DNA from: Octopus sinensis
Lineage: Eukaryota
Assembly: GCF_006345805.1 (NCBI RefSeq)
Contig: NC_042998.1
Coordinates: 119,102,001 to 119,166,000, forward strand
Length of the DNA: 64,000 bases
Reading direction: 5' to 3'
Shown: in pieces, positions 13,400 to 27,337 of the stretch
Position numbering within the stretch: the first letter of the stretch is position 1
Layout: every line of letters starts with the position of its first letter
Position numbers and translations under genes: made by a program
Notes under the pieces: generated by a model
The model's database searches: none
What the model was told of the DNA's origin: nothing
What the model saw: only the letters and a program-made list of their open reading frames with translations

Positions 13400-13825
13400 A
13401 TACACACACAAATGTGAGTATACCATAAGGTCTGCAAATCTAAAGGACACCTCAGAAGGCATTTTAAGATCCACACAGATCAGAATTTAATCGCACGTGT
13501 TCTTAGTGGTCCAAATCGGATATGCAATCTATGTGGATGTCTTTTCAATACATTATCTGGTTTTAAAAGCCACATCAGACGCCATGATGGATCTGAGATG
13601 TAGGTACAAGAAGTGGTCAAACTTTGCATAAAGAGTATACATATATATAGATATAGACATATACAAGGAATGTATGAAAAGTTTTGAGTCTTGAAAGACT
13701 TCACCTTCATAAGAAGTCTTGTACCATGTTTTGTTTTTTTGAGGCTCTAGACATAAAACCCCCACATCAGACACCATGATAGATCTAAGATATAGGTACA
13801 AGAAGTGGTCAGACTCTGCATAAGG
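13400..13825 (+). mobile_element. LINE 3' end encoding two C2H2 zinc fingers (RTE-like C-terminus), with tail duplicated
   Basis: VCKSKGHLRRHFKIH and [21 protein letters not shown]; the ~60-bp end ccacatcagac(g/a)ccatgat...gcataa occurs at ~13570 and ~13762. RTE assignment is inference. Confidence 0.6.
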
Positions 13826-13826
13826 A

Positions 13827-13907
<81 letters not shown>

Positions 13908-13911
<4 letters not shown>

Positions 13912-14987
13912 GTTGGCAACTAAGTTCCCGCCGTTTTTTAATTCAAATTTTTTAGAAGGTTTAATAAAAAAATAACAACTAATTAATCAATAATGTAATC
14001 GCCTTTGTTGTTTACAACTACTTCCAAACGTTCAACAAGATTTTCAATAATTCGTTGGTAAAAATCACCCGATTTCGACTCGATAAATTGATTCAACCAA
14101 GCTCTCAATTCTACATCAGTATTGAACGAAACTCCGCGCATAGCATTTGAAAGAGATCGAAAAGGGTAGAAATCCGTTGGTGCCATATCAAGAGAGTACG
14201 GCGGGTGTGGCAGCACTTCCCAGCCATGCGTTTGAATGGCTTCCTTGGTCATATTGGCAATATGAGGGCGGGCGTAGTCGTGCAGCAGAAGAACTCCATG
14301 CTGACGATTAGGTCTTTCCTCTTGAATAGTCGTGTTGAGTCGTTCCATCTGTTGAACACAGAGTTCCGCGTTGACCGTTTGGTTCCGTTCCAACACTTCG
14401 TAATGGATAATTCTTTCTCAGTCCCACCTTACGCACAACATCGTTTTAAGCGGATGAAGATCTTCTTTCACGAGCGGTGTCGCTTGTTTACCGGAGCTAA
14501 GCCATTCCTTACGCTGCTTCATTATTGATGTACAGGCACCATATTTTGTTGCCAGAAATGATTCGGTAAAGAAATCATTACTTGTGTCCATGAGTTGAGC
14601 GGTGACGAGCAAGCAAACCAGCGGAGATTGTGGGTCGTTGATTTTTGTTGTTGTCACTTAAAGCATGCGGAACACATGCCCCATATTTCTTTCAGCTATG
14701 GCACCCTCTCCATACACAACAAAAATGTCACGAGCAGCTTTTGCGGCCTTAGAACCTTAATTAAAAGCAAAAAGGAGGTGTCGAAAATGCTCGTTCTTCT
14801 TCACTTGACATTCCATTTTAATGATCTGAAAATAAACAAAAATTAACTAAAATTAACTAGAAAAAATACTAAATAGATTCCAAAATGATTCAAAAATAGA
14901 ATTTTCGAAAACAATAGATTCCCACATTTAAAACCGCAATAAATTCCAAAATTTATGAAAACGTCTGGAACTTAGTTGCCAACCCAA
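13908..14987 (-). mobile_element. Mariner (Tc1/mariner, DD34D) element, internally deleted, 1080 bp
   Basis: TIRs ttgggttggcaactaagttcc at 13908 and the inverse ending at 14987; TA dinucleotides at 13906-13907 and 14988-14989. Confidence 0.95.
13983..14816 (-). pseudogene. Mariner transposase remnant
   Basis: MECQVKKNEHFRHLL...AIAER joined directly to YGACVPHAL (WVPHEL-like); MLCVRWD; HDYARPH; PYSLDMAPTDF. Confidence 0.92.
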
Positions 14988-15047
14988 TATATATATATAT
15001 ATATTTATTTATTTATCTATTCATTTATTTGTGTATATATATATATA

Positions 15048-15346
15048 TCTTTATATATAAAAGTGAAGTTGTGTCTGTCTCCTACGATTTAGATTCCTAA
15101 CTACTCCCACATTTTGCGATGCAGTTTAACCAAAAGCGGGTATCTTATAGTCGTGATTCATATCGAGCCCTTCTGGGTATTAGCGCGCGTCTACGATGAG
15201 TCTACGATTTAAAAAAAAAATTTACCATAATTTTTCCGCAGTTTTAAAGCATTTTCGCTCGGTTTATATAAGGGAAGTAACTCTCTATAAATGCTTATAT
15301 AGTTATTTCCCTTACAAATCCTAGCAACGCCGGGCGATACTGCTAG
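15048..15346 (+). mobile_element. Non-autonomous mini-Helitron (299 bp)
   Basis: A|TC 5' end (tctttatatataaaagtgaagttgtgtctgtct); 3' subterminal cctagcaacgccggg followed by CTAG|T. Confidence 0.85.
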
Positions 15347-15385
15347 TTTACATATATATTATATATATATATATATTATATATAT

Positions 15386-15489
<104 letters not shown>

Positions 15490-15793
15490 ATATAAATATA
15501 AGAGAGTGGTCAATATATTGCTCACTCTAGCACCAGTTAATCCAAAAGGTTTCAACCACGAAAATACATGTTTCCCATGAAAGCCAGTACGACTGTTAGC
15601 TCACACGGACAGGGCAAGTAAAAAATAACAAAAATACAGATTATTTTGGGACAATTGTTTCGCTATTAATGAATTAAATGTAATATTACTTACAAAATGT
15701 AATATTACTTACTAGGCCACTTGGTGTTGAATAAATATACTATTAAATTAGTATCTAATTCTCTCACCCTTATTAATTAATTATATATATATA

Positions 15794-15830
<37 letters not shown>

Positions 15831-15833
<3 letters not shown>

Positions 15834-17305
15834 TTAAATCCTTAAATCCTTAAAAATGTTTTAGCCCAAAGGCCGCGGCCATGTTGGGGCACCACCGCTG
15901 AATGAGCTACACTAATATGTAAATCCACCTCTGGTACGTGGCACTTGATCAACAAGGGAGTTCGATGCTGCTGCCCGCATCTGCGTCTCCTGTCGTGAGG
16001 TAGGTTCATCTGGGACTCCCGACAAGAAGAGATCCAGTTTAGTTTTAAAGAAACCCACATCCACACCATGTAAGTCTCTTAGGCATTTAGGGGGGATGTT
16101 AAAGAGCTGTGTTCCTCTGAAACCCAAGCTGTTGCAGTATCTGGTCCTGTATTTTGATGGTGATGTTGGAATCTTTGGTACCATGCAGTGTCGCCCCGTT
16201 CTGCGGTTGGGGTAACTTTGAATGCCAAAGTTTGCAAAGACCCTCCAGGATTTTCCAGATGTATATCACCGCATATCTCTCCCGCCTCCGCTCTAGGGAG
16301 AAGAGGTTTAATACTTTCAGTCTTTCCCAGTAGCTGATATTTTGCATTGTGTCTCCTTCTCTCTCGTTCTGAAAGCTCGGAGTATCCATCCAGCTAGCCG
16401 TCTGCATTTTATCACCAGATTAGTAATATACACTTGGAAAGATGCATCATTGCTCATGTCAATGCCTAGGTCACGCACTGATTTTGACTCAGGGATTGCA
16501 ATTCTTCCTGGGCCAGTGTATCCAGTATGCACGTCGTTTACCTTTGTGTGCCGGTAGCGCAGGGCCTGGAACTTACCTGCATTAAACTGCATGTTGTTGT
16601 CCTCCGCCCACCTGTATATTTTATCCAACTCCTGTTGCAGATGCGCAATATTTTCAGGGTTTTGTATTGTGTGGGAGACTTTTGTGTCATCTGCATAGCT
16701 AGCAAGGGTGGCCATCGTAGCAACTGAAGGCATGTCTGAAAGGGCCACTATGAACAGCAGTGGCCCCAAGACAGTACCCTGTGGAACACCGCTGGTTATT
16801 TGTGTTTCCTTGGAGGTAGCTCCATTGCTCACAACTGCCAGTCTTCTGTCTTTTAGGAAGTTGTGCAGCCACTCCCGAATTTTCCGCCTATGCCGAGACC
16901 ACGCAGCTTGTGACAGATCATACCATGGCCGACTTTATCAAAGGCTTTTGCAAAGTCGAGATATATTACATCCACATTTGAGCCATTTAGTAGCTGTTTT
17001 AACACCCAGTCATAGTGTTGCAGGAGCTGTGTTAGGCAGCTTCTACCTGGTCGAAATCTATGCTGGGTGTCAGACAACAAGTCATTTTCTTCAAGGAACA
17101 TGATTAATTTCTTGCGGACTATTCGTTCCATGACTTTGCTGATGTGTGAGGTCAGAGAGATAGGCCTATAATTTTTAGCATCTGCTCTGCTACCTCCCTT
17201 ATGGATAGGGCATATTACCCCCTCTTTCAATTTGACTGGGAGCTTACCACTTGCAAGGAAGCTCTGAAAAAGAAGCTGTAGCTGTTTTGCAAGGGCTCGT
17301 TTGCA
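15831..17305 (-). mobile_element. 5'-truncated CR1-group LINE (RT through 3' tail), with internal deletion
   Basis: PIHKGG..NYRPISLTS; YLDFAKAFDKV; GVPQGTVLGPLLF; YADDTK; SLERRRERY; RAAASNSL; tail ggtggtgccccaacatggccgc followed by (ttaagga t)n repeats. Confidence 0.93.
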
Positions 17306-18049
17306 CGATATACATATACATACTAAATAAAAGATCTTAAATTAAAATTTACCAGTTATATAAAAAGAAACTTTCAAAACCACTTTTTATATAGTCAATA
17401 AATATTGATTTGAAATCCTTTTTTGCAATATTGTGACTGTAACAAGAATTTTTTCGGAAATATATTTAAATATGAGTGCGCGTGCGTGAGTATGTGGGTG
17501 TGTGTTTGTGGGTGTGTAGGTGTGCGTGTGTGTGCGTGTGTGTGCGTGTGTGCGTGAGTGTGTTTGTGTGTGCGTAGCGTATGTATGTGTGCTGCGTGTG
17601 CATCAGAATGTTTTCATCTATATATCCATATGGACACGTATATGTACGTGTATTTATCGATGAAATTCCTGCATTGGGCAGTTAGAAAGTAATGCCACAT
17701 TAGTTGTATGCGGTCAGGCTAATATATTGCATTGAAATCGATGCCACCATACATAACATAGACAATATCGTTAGTGTTACGGTAGATATAAGTAGAGAAT
17801 TTGAAAATGGAATACAAGCAGCCAGAACGGTTCCTACAATGTGCTTTTCATGGGGCTCTTGTAATTCTGATAATCTACTACCCTTGACTGATACTTTAAT
17901 TATCTCCTCCTAAAGGTTGAAAGACAGAGATGATTTGGACAGGATTTGAACTCACGATGCATTGCGCAGGAATTTATATTACAAGACATACTATACGACA
18001 CTCTGACATATACATAAGCACACACATACGCACACGCACACACACACAC

Positions 18050-18096
<47 letters not shown>

Positions 18097-18144
18097 GAGA
18101 GAGGGTAAGAGGGCTATATTTGTACGTGAGTGTGCAAAAATATT

Positions 18145-18175
<31 letters not shown>

Positions 18176-18339
18176 TATATATATATATGTGTATGTATGT
18201 ATATATGTATGTGTGCGTATGTATATATATATGTTTGTGTGTGTGTGCATATATATATATGTATGTATGCATATATATATGTATGTATACATATATATTG
18301 ATCATTATTATTATTATTATTATTAAATATATACACACA

Positions 18340-18484
18340 TATGTGTATGTATATACATACATACATATATACATACGTGCATACATACATACAAACAAAC
18401 ATACATACATACATACATACATACATACATACATACATACACATACATACATACATACATACATACATACATACATACATACAT
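18340..18484. repeat. (TACA)n microsatellite inside an AT/GT tract (18050-18484)
   Basis: Direct reading. Confidence 0.95.
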
Positions 18485-19495
18485 AATTCTGGCCAATTAT
18501 ATGAGACGAAAATATAAAAAAAAAGATATACTGTTAATTTTGAAAAAATCTTTCAGCTGCTAACAAAATCTATATGAATATTCGGTAGATGTATGGAAAA
18601 ATATGCACATACCTGTGTGTATTATGAAAGCAGAAGAGAAAATTATATATATAAACCTGCATAAAAATAACCTTATATTTATGGTTTTTCATTGATTGAA
18701 TGGTTTACAGAATAAGAAATACCTCGCCTTTTTGATGCTTTAGAAAATTCTGAACAGTAATTTCAAAGAGTTTCCGTTTTTCTAGATGACATAAAGTCCA
18801 TCACATCATTGCCATATTTAAATTTGTGCTCCATTAACGTTAGAATGTTATGGTTTTCCATTTCGCTTTTAATGCCATTGATTTCTTAGTCTAAAATAAA
18901 TCATGTTAAATCTGAAATATATTGTAGGAAGCTCCTAGCTACCCTTATCCAAATGGTTACTTCTAGAGGTCAAGATGTACTCTTAATATTTTGTGTACAG
19001 CACTTATGTTCCTTAAACTAAAACAATGAAATACTATTAGTGAAGTGGACACTTTTGATAAATCTTGTTCACTTCATTAATTATTACTCAAATACAAGAT
19101 TTCATTTTACTGATTTACAAATCTTCCTTACACACAATGTCTTTGGTGTTAAGATGGAGAGAAGATATTCTCTGATAAAAAAATTACTATTATTTCTAAC
19201 ATCTGTGGAACATCATTCTTTCTCACTAGTAGTCGATTAAGCTGACACAAGAACTTCAGCCTGAAATGTTTATATCGTCCCTGAAAAGGATGAAAGTCAA
19301 ACTATGCGTGCTTATTAATTAAGAACTTAAAGTAATGCAATAAAATATCACTAGGATATTCTTTCGGTATTCTACCGATTCTTTTGTTAGAAGAGCGTAT
19401 AACAGATTAAAGAGATGCAACTGCTTATCCAGATATTATGTAATCGAATTTGCCAAGATAAAAGTGAAAGCTGTCCGATATGGGATTTGAACTCA

Positions 19496-19725
19496 GCGGT
19501 GAGCTGGCAGAAACGTTAGCACAACGGGTGAAATGTTTAGCGGTATTTCGTCTGCCGTTACGTTCTGAGTTCGAATTCCGCCGAGGTCGACTTTGCCTTT
19601 CATCCTTTCGGGGTCGATTAAATGAGTACCAGTTACACACTGGGGTCGATATAATCGACTTAATCCGTTTGTCTATCCTTGTTTGTCCCCTCTGTGTTTA
19701 GCCCCTTGTGGGTAGTAAAGAAATA
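19496..19725 (+). mobile_element. tRNA-derived SINE family B with 19-bp TSD
   Basis: Head gcggtgagctggcagaa... with B-box gagttcgaattcc; flanked by gatatgggatttgaactca at 19477-19495 and 19726-19744. Confidence 0.92.
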
Positions 19726-20354
19726 GATATGGGATTTGAACTCAAAATATATGGTATTGTAACCAAATACATCGACTTATTTTATTCTTGATAATACATT
19801 ATCTAATGCACTATCCAGGACATTACACTAAAGTTTATTGTTATTTCTTATAAGTCTAATGGATAGACGTCTTATTGTGGGTACACAGTCGATTTAATTA
19901 ACTCTCAAATTGACCGGTACTAATTTTACAAAACCCGAAAAAGAAAATGTTAACTCGATCGCGCCAGATTTGGATTTATGTCGTATAGGCTTTAACTATG
20001 TACTACTATATAGCTGGAATATGGTATCCCACGCAGATACATGGATAAACAATTATCGACAGGATATTGTTGCCGAAGTAGACAGGAAATGAAGTGTATT
20101 CTAATCGAAGTATCATTTCCAACAGACGATGAAATTCATCAAGGACAAATGGAGAAATTGTACCAAATGTAAATACCGAGAAATAGATTTGATCAGAATA
20201 TAGGACCTCAGAACTATGTACATCATATGAAGGATAGCGGAGTTAGAATCTCCATGTCTAGTAGCCATTTTTAATGAATGCCAACAAAATAAGTTCTCAA
20301 AAATTTCTTTTTTCACCTCAAAGAAATGGAAAATTAATCATGATATCACACACG

Positions 20355-20729
20355 AACCACATGGTTCCGGGCTCAGTCCCACAGCGTTGCACCTTGGGTA
20401 AGTGTCTTCTACTATAGCCTCGGGCCGACCAAAGCCTTGTGAGTGGATTTGGTAGACGGAAACAGAAAGAAGCCCGTCGTATATATGTGTATATATATAT
20501 ATATGAATGTGTGCGTGTATACGTTTGTGTGCCTGTGTTTGTGCCCCCAACATCGTTTGACAACCGATGCTGGTGTGTTTATGTCCCCGTAACTTATCGG
20601 TTCAGCAAAAGGGACCGATAGAATAAGTACTAGGCATACAAAGAATAAATAAGTCCCGGGGTCGATTTGCTCGACTAAAGGCGGTGCTCCAGAAGGCCAC
20701 AGTCAAATGACTGAAACAAGTAAAAGAGT
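20355..20729 (+). mobile_element. SINE family A (A-box end truncated)
   Basis: Collinear with the reverse complement of 6626-7020. Confidence 0.9.
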
Positions 20730-23700
20730 CTCCGATTCTTCGAAACAAAACAAACTGTATATCGAAACCTGTGTGCTGGGATTGGAATATCGTAAAGTAT
20801 TATCGCTTTGTCATTCTTTCAGACATATTCTTACCCAGAACTTCAGGCCTTGTGCCTGAAATAACAATAGGTGGGGTCTAATCGATTGTATCTACCCCAA
20901 TGCCGCTAAGCACTATGTCTGGTGTGCAAACAACAACAACAACAACAACAGCAGCAGCAAGAGTTATTTCTAACATAGGCACCTTGCCAACAACTTTGTA
21001 ATTTGATGGTAAGTGAGGGTTGTAGGCCAAATCGACACTATTACTTGATTAGCACTCTATTTTATCGTTCCGCGAGAGATGACAAAATTAACTTCCTCTG
21101 AATAAACATGTACGAAAAGTTGTCTCTGCCGACAGAAAAGAAATGATAAAAACATACTCCAGAAAATGTTTCAGACATGGACAAAATAAGTAATCCTTCA
21201 ATATACACACCTACATCAAAGTTATTCGAAGAACCATTGTTAGCAAGGCGCGTCAGAAAATGAAGTACACCTTTACTGAAATATTATTCCCAATTTCTGA
21301 TTATGTATCACTGAAAGAAATGGAGAAATATTCAGATATGAAAATCAAAAAAATAGAAATGCCTAAAATGTGTAGATTGAAAACAGAATCAGTCCTTATA
21401 ATAATAGTTATCTTGGAATTATTTCATATGCAGACATATATATAAACAAGCTGCATGACTTATACATAATTTATAGAAAATTATACTAATAGATACTGCT
21501 TGCTTATTACATCGAGTAATATCAATACAACTGGTAACCTCAAAATCAATACAAGATCTGCACGTAACCGAGGCCCACAAAGTTGTATTCGACTGAAAAG
21601 TGAAAGTAAGCAACACAATTGAGACTACAGAAAAACTATGCTAATGATAATGATAGTATGATGTTGGTGATGATGGTGATTGTAATGATGATAGTGATGA
21701 TGATGATGGTGATGATGATGATGATGAAAGTTTTCTGAAGTGAGCAGCCCTGTATCTCTAATTTAAATAAGAGTAGGGTTGTTGTCATATTAATGATCCC
21801 CCAGTATTTTATATCAGGTGGCACATTACTTAGTGTCGCCCAACACGTGTTCCCTAGATATGAAAGTGGGTGTCCATGTTCCTCGGAGAAGAATGTATGT
21901 GCGGATATTTATATTGATTTTTTTCTCGGTGAGGCAGTGTGCTACTACACACCTATATTGCCTTCTCTTGTAACATGCCATATTGACTCTCACACATCCT
22001 TCAAATTCTCTGTAGTAGAGTCATCACCTCTTCTGTTTATACTTCTATAAAGGACAGCTTTTATTTGTATTTTTCTTCCTATAAAAATATTAGATGTGAC
22101 CTAGGAAACAATGCCGGAGCCTAAGATTGAATTCCGTATTGTTTTTTTACAACGAAGTCAATCTAGGTTTGTATTACATTACCAAACAACGGATCTAATT
22201 TTGAGCTTCTGCTGTCTGGTGAACCGATATTGTTGTTGCTGCTGCTGTTGTCTTTTTTATTGATCTCTTTGTTGCTGCTGCTTTCATTGTTGCTGTTTTT
22301 GTTGTCTTTGCTACTATTGCTGTTGTTGATGATGATGACGACGTTTGTTTTTTTGACTTTATTGTTATTGTTGTTCATGCCGTTTCCTTATTCTATGCTT
22401 GCCTTAATTAAATTGTAAATAAAAAGCCAATTTGGAGTACTACATAGGGAGAGCTAGAACCAGTATTAATTATAAGTTGAAAATGGTTTCTAGTTTCAGA
22501 CACTTTTCAGTAATATCGAAAAGGATATTAAAATATCCTGTGAACTGGAAAAATGTGACAATACAATGAGGCAAGTTGGCAAATAAGACATAATTTTAGA
22601 TACTCTGTTGTGGATATTATGCAAAACTTGACGATCCTGCTTCCTATAAATAACTAGAGATTAGTGCATGTAAAGTTACGTTTGACACCTGCATGAATTC
22701 GAAAGGCTACGCTTGGATACACTTTGGCCGACAATAACTAAGTTAATACACTCGCCTGGCCATCTAATTTTAACCTATTAGATTTTTTAAAAACTTGATG
22801 ATACCCATACAAGCATCCTCTTTAATTTAAATAACAATGCGAATATACTATGTAACTTCAATAGGAAGTCGAGACAACATATAACTTACACCCTAACACA
22901 TCGAAACTCAAACTGCATCATACTGCTATGGTTTACATCTCGCCCATCAATTTTAGCTTTAGTTATTTGAATTTTAACAAATGAAGATTAACGTTCTTTC
23001 ATCATTGGTTATAATTTCTTTTGTTTTTTGTCAGATGTGTTATTTAAAATAACTGGCGGATGATTTGTCTCAGGTGTTATTTTCTGATACTGCTTTACAA
23101 CAAGTGTGTAGACCATTCAAATATTCTGTTTCTAATCAAAGCTTCCCGTATAAAGCATTGCTGTACTAACTTGCTAATAAGGTAACAAGTGTAATAATGG
23201 TAACATAAATCAGAAATAATCTCTTGATAATAAACGTTAACACGAATGAATGAAAAATAATATCTCATGTAAACGGTAATTCTAAGTCTTTGTTACTAGA
23301 CTGACCATCTTGACCAACTGACCAAATGACCATCCGTGTTAGAAGTGTTTTAACATAAAATGTCATCCACAGTAAAGTAAATAGTACAAACGCACACTCA
23401 TACAACACATTTGCACACACATGTATGTTTAGATGCATGCATACGTACTCACAGAAATATATATATACATAACACACATACACATAACTATATATATTGG
23501 GTAATAAGACGGTTACTTTTCATAATTTTATTGCTGTGTTGCGTGTTCGTTTCTCTTTTTTCCATCTGTGATTTTATTTTTGATCTTCTATGTAAATGAA
23601 GATATTTCCTCCGTCTGGCTGCTTTTTTTTCCTACAAAATGAGAAGTTACATTGCGGAACAGTTATTTTAAAGAGTTGTGTCTATTTATCACCCAATGAG

Positions 23701-23869
23701 ACACATCTGCACTGCCAGATGCTCCTGAAGCAGTTGCTGAGTGTCCCACCCATGAGGGATGTATGCTAAATGTGTTGAAACAATTGTCGTGATTAATGAT
23801 AAATTCTCGTATATTCCATCTTCTGTCTTTCATTTGCCATAACTACATATAGGTATGTGTGTATGAATG

Positions 23870-24003
23870 TACACACTCTGTAAAATGGTTGGAGTTGAGG
23901 TGAAACCAAGGTGTAGAAACTAAACGAAGTCAGACTGGAACTTGGTGTAACTCTCCTGCCTGCTCAACCCATGCCAACCCATGCAAGGAAAGTGAACGTT
24001 AAA
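23870..24003 (+). mobile_element. Probable SINE 3' fragment (another family)
   Basis: Ends acccatgc...ggaaagtgaacgttaaa, resembling a recalled octopus SINE tail; not verifiable here. Confidence 0.35.
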
Positions 24004-25029
24004 TAATTAGCTCTCTATATATAAAACTGAGAATTGTGTCTGTCTGTCTGTCTGTCTGTCTGTGTTTTTCCCTAAAACTTGAGAACTACGCAACCAATTT
24101 CATTCAAATTTGACACATGCCTTACTTAAGGTCCGGGGAGTGTCATCGGCAAAAAAATCTTAACTTTTTCCCTAGGGCGACCCCACAGCAATATCATATC
24201 TTCTCCACTATTTCAGTATTACGTGTTAAAAGTGAAACAAAAACATTTTATCTTTTGTAATGCAGACACTTTCACTATTAAAGTGAAAGTATTATATAAC
24301 AGGGATGAACCATTAACAATGGTCATCCATTTTACTAGAAGAGAGGATCCGCTATGGTCTTATATGCTACACGACTGGTTTTCAATTCATATTAATCAAA
24401 TTAATATTCAATTTTTCACCCTTATTATGTGTGTGTGTATTAGCAATTCGTATGAAATTGCATCAATGACTTGAACTTGAATAAGTGGCTTCACATAAAT
24501 TAAAAAGGTTTGTTGTTATTATTATTACTGTTTGACTATTGTAATCACGTTTGTTGGTTCCTCGTCAGGGAAACGTTGTTGTGTTGCATTTGTTAAATAA
24601 TTGTAAACCGTAACCCTCCCCCCTTTCGGAGAAGGGGTTTTGGTTATTGTTTAAAAATTGAATTGTGTCCCTGTTTGGGGGAATTGACAATATTTTCACC
24701 GTCTTTACGGAAGAATTTTTGTTAAAATGCCTTCGATAGAAGAAAGTCCAAAAAATGAACTTCGCTGCAGCCGAACACTTCTATACAAGAGGGAGGACAA
24801 GATCCAATTGATCGAAATTGCAAGAGACGGGCCTACAATTCCAGTCTGTTATATATTTTGAGTATTGTTATCACTAGCGATATCAAGATATAACTTTGTA
24901 TTTTGTATTTTATGTGTAGATGTATATATATAGATGTACATGTAATATGTACACATATATATACACAGATATACATGCATAATATATCTACCCATATACA
25001 CATACGCACATACACACACACATACATTG

Positions 25030-25190
25030 GGGCAGGTGTGGCTGTGTGGTAACAAACTACGTTCCAAACACATGGTCCTGGGTTCAGTCCCACTGTGTGG
25101 TGACTTGGCATGTGTCTTCTGCGGTAGCCTCAGACCAACAAAAGCCTTCTCAGTGGATTTTGTTCATATATACAGGCATACATACATATA
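25030..25190 (+). mobile_element. SINE-A 5' half nested in the Helitron
   Basis: gtggctgtgtggtaa...gggttcagtcccactg head. Confidence 0.8.
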
Positions 25191-25239
25191 TATACATGCA
25201 TACGTACATATTCGGCATAAACACTCTATCACTACAACT

Positions 25240-26945
25240 AATAACTGTTGGGAACACTTTCAAACCTGCCTTACATTCGAACCGGAATCTCAACGCCCGA
25301 GTTTTCCATCTGAAGTTAATCTCTCTCATGGAGCTCATACAAAAAGGACAAGTCTTTAGGCCCATACAATGTGACATGTACACAATCGAGTGGCAAAAAG
25401 AGGAGCCTTCCACATGCTCATATCTTGCTTTGCCTCTCAGCGAAGATCAATTCCAATGACATCGACAACATAATCTCTGCAGAGCTTCCTGATCCAGCTT
25501 TAGACAAAGAACTATACGAAATAGTTAAAGCAAACATGGTACATGGTCCGTGTGGGCGTGGATTCAATATAAACTCACGATGCTTGAAGGACAGCATATG
25601 TTCAAAAGGATTTCCAAGGAGGTTCCTACAAGAAACTCAGACAGGTGCTGATGGGTATCCATCATACAGACGCAGAAAACCAGAAGACGGAGGTTTCACA
25701 GCAACTATCGGACAGTATGATATTGATAATATATGGATTGTTCCATACTGCCCACTCCTGTCAAAGACTTTCAATGCCCACATCAACGTTGAGTTTTGCA
25801 ACTCCGTTAAATCCATCAAGTACGTTTGCAAATATGTAAACAAGGGTTCTGACGCAGCAATGTTTGGACTTCAACAAGAATACTGCCAGGATGAGGTGAC
25901 GCATTATCAAGGTGGGACGGTACATAAGTAGCAACGAGGTTTTCTGGTGCATCTTTGGCTTTCCAATTCACCAACGACACCCCGCCATTCAACAGCTTGC
26001 AGTGCACCTGGAAAATGGTTAAAGAGTGTAGTTCACCGATGCTAATGATTCTCTGTTGGCAGAAGAACCAAGGAATAGCACACTCACTGCATTCTTGAAG
26101 CTTTGTCAAGTGGATCCATTCGCTCAAACCTTGCTGTATCCACAGATTCCATCGTACTACACTTGGAATGGAAAAAAATGGGCCCCACGGAAAGCAGGTT
26201 AAAATGTTCATGGATACCCTGGCATTAAGTTTCACACTTGCCTTGGGCGAGTATACATAGTGCATCCCACTCAACAAGAGTGTTTCTACCTTCGTCTACT
26301 ACTGCATGAGGTCAGAGGGCCAACGTCTTTCTAGGCCCTAAAAACCGTTCATGGACATGCCTGCACAACATACAGAGAAGCCTGCTATCGACAAGGTCTG
26401 TTAGAAGATGGTGCACAATGGGATACAACTTTAGGAGAGGCTGCTTTATCACAATCACCTAAAATCTCATGGCACTATTTGCAGTATTACTACAGGCATG
26501 CGAACTGTGTGATCCGGCCACTCAATGGCTCAAATATAGAGACAACCTGGCTGAAGACTTTCAGCGCCAAGCTCAACTGCTCTATCCTGACATGGAGAGT
26601 ATCAGCAATGAAATCTATAACAAAACACTCATTCACATTGAAGACAGAATTGCTAAACTGGGTAGAAATGAATTGTCGACGTATGGCCTGCCACAAGCAT
26701 TCAGGTCAGGGTCAAATAGCCTTTCCACTGCTGTCATTCGTGAAACAACCTACGACACTCAAGAGCTTTCAAAGTACATTGTTAAAAATGAGCCTAAATT
26801 ACTTCCGGACCAGCTGCAGGCCTACAGAACTATTATTAACAGTGTACGCCAACGTGAGGGACGAATCTTCTTCCTCGTTGCTCCTGGAGGGACAGGAAAA
26901 ACATTTATTACAAAGCTTCTCCTTGCAGAAGTTAGGCAGAAGTAG
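25240..26945 (+). pseudogene. Helitron Rep (HUH) and start of PIF1-like helicase
   Basis: ARVFHLKL; YTIEWQK..LPHAHILL (HUH); NMVHGPCG; YPSYRRR; NAHINVEFC..SIKYVCKYVNKGSD; Walker A APGGTGKTF, truncated shortly after. Confidence 0.93.
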
Positions 26946-27162
26946 TGATTAAAAAATAAATGTCCAACCGTACCCTTCTTGTTGACTCCAGTTTTTTCAA
27001 TTATCTATTCACACACGACAGATGCCCAAACGCAAACCTAGAAATACATATAATACTACTACTGGAAAGCACAGTTTAAATGTGAAAATGCACGAGCGAG
27101 CTTTATACTGTATTCTACTATGTTCTTAACAGAATATACTATAATTATATATATACATATAT

Positions 27163-27296
27163 AAGACGGGCTTCTTACGGTTTACGTCAACCAGATATAC
27201 TCACAAGTCTTTGGTCGGCCCGAGTCTATAGCAGAAGACACTTGCCCAAGGTGTCACGCAATAGTACTGAACCCAGAACCATGTGGTTGGGAATAC
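27163..27296 (-). mobile_element. SINE-A 5' half
   Basis: gaagacacttgcccaaggtgtcacgc...gaacccagaaccatgtggttgg. Confidence 0.8.
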
Positions 27297-27305
27297 ATAT
27301 ATATT

Positions 27306-27337
<32 letters not shown>

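Noticed and set aside
22740-22800. WPSNFNLLDF, similar to the Tc1/mariner WPxxSPDLNPLD motif
   Set aside because: Too short and degraded, with no TIR or other catalytic motif found.
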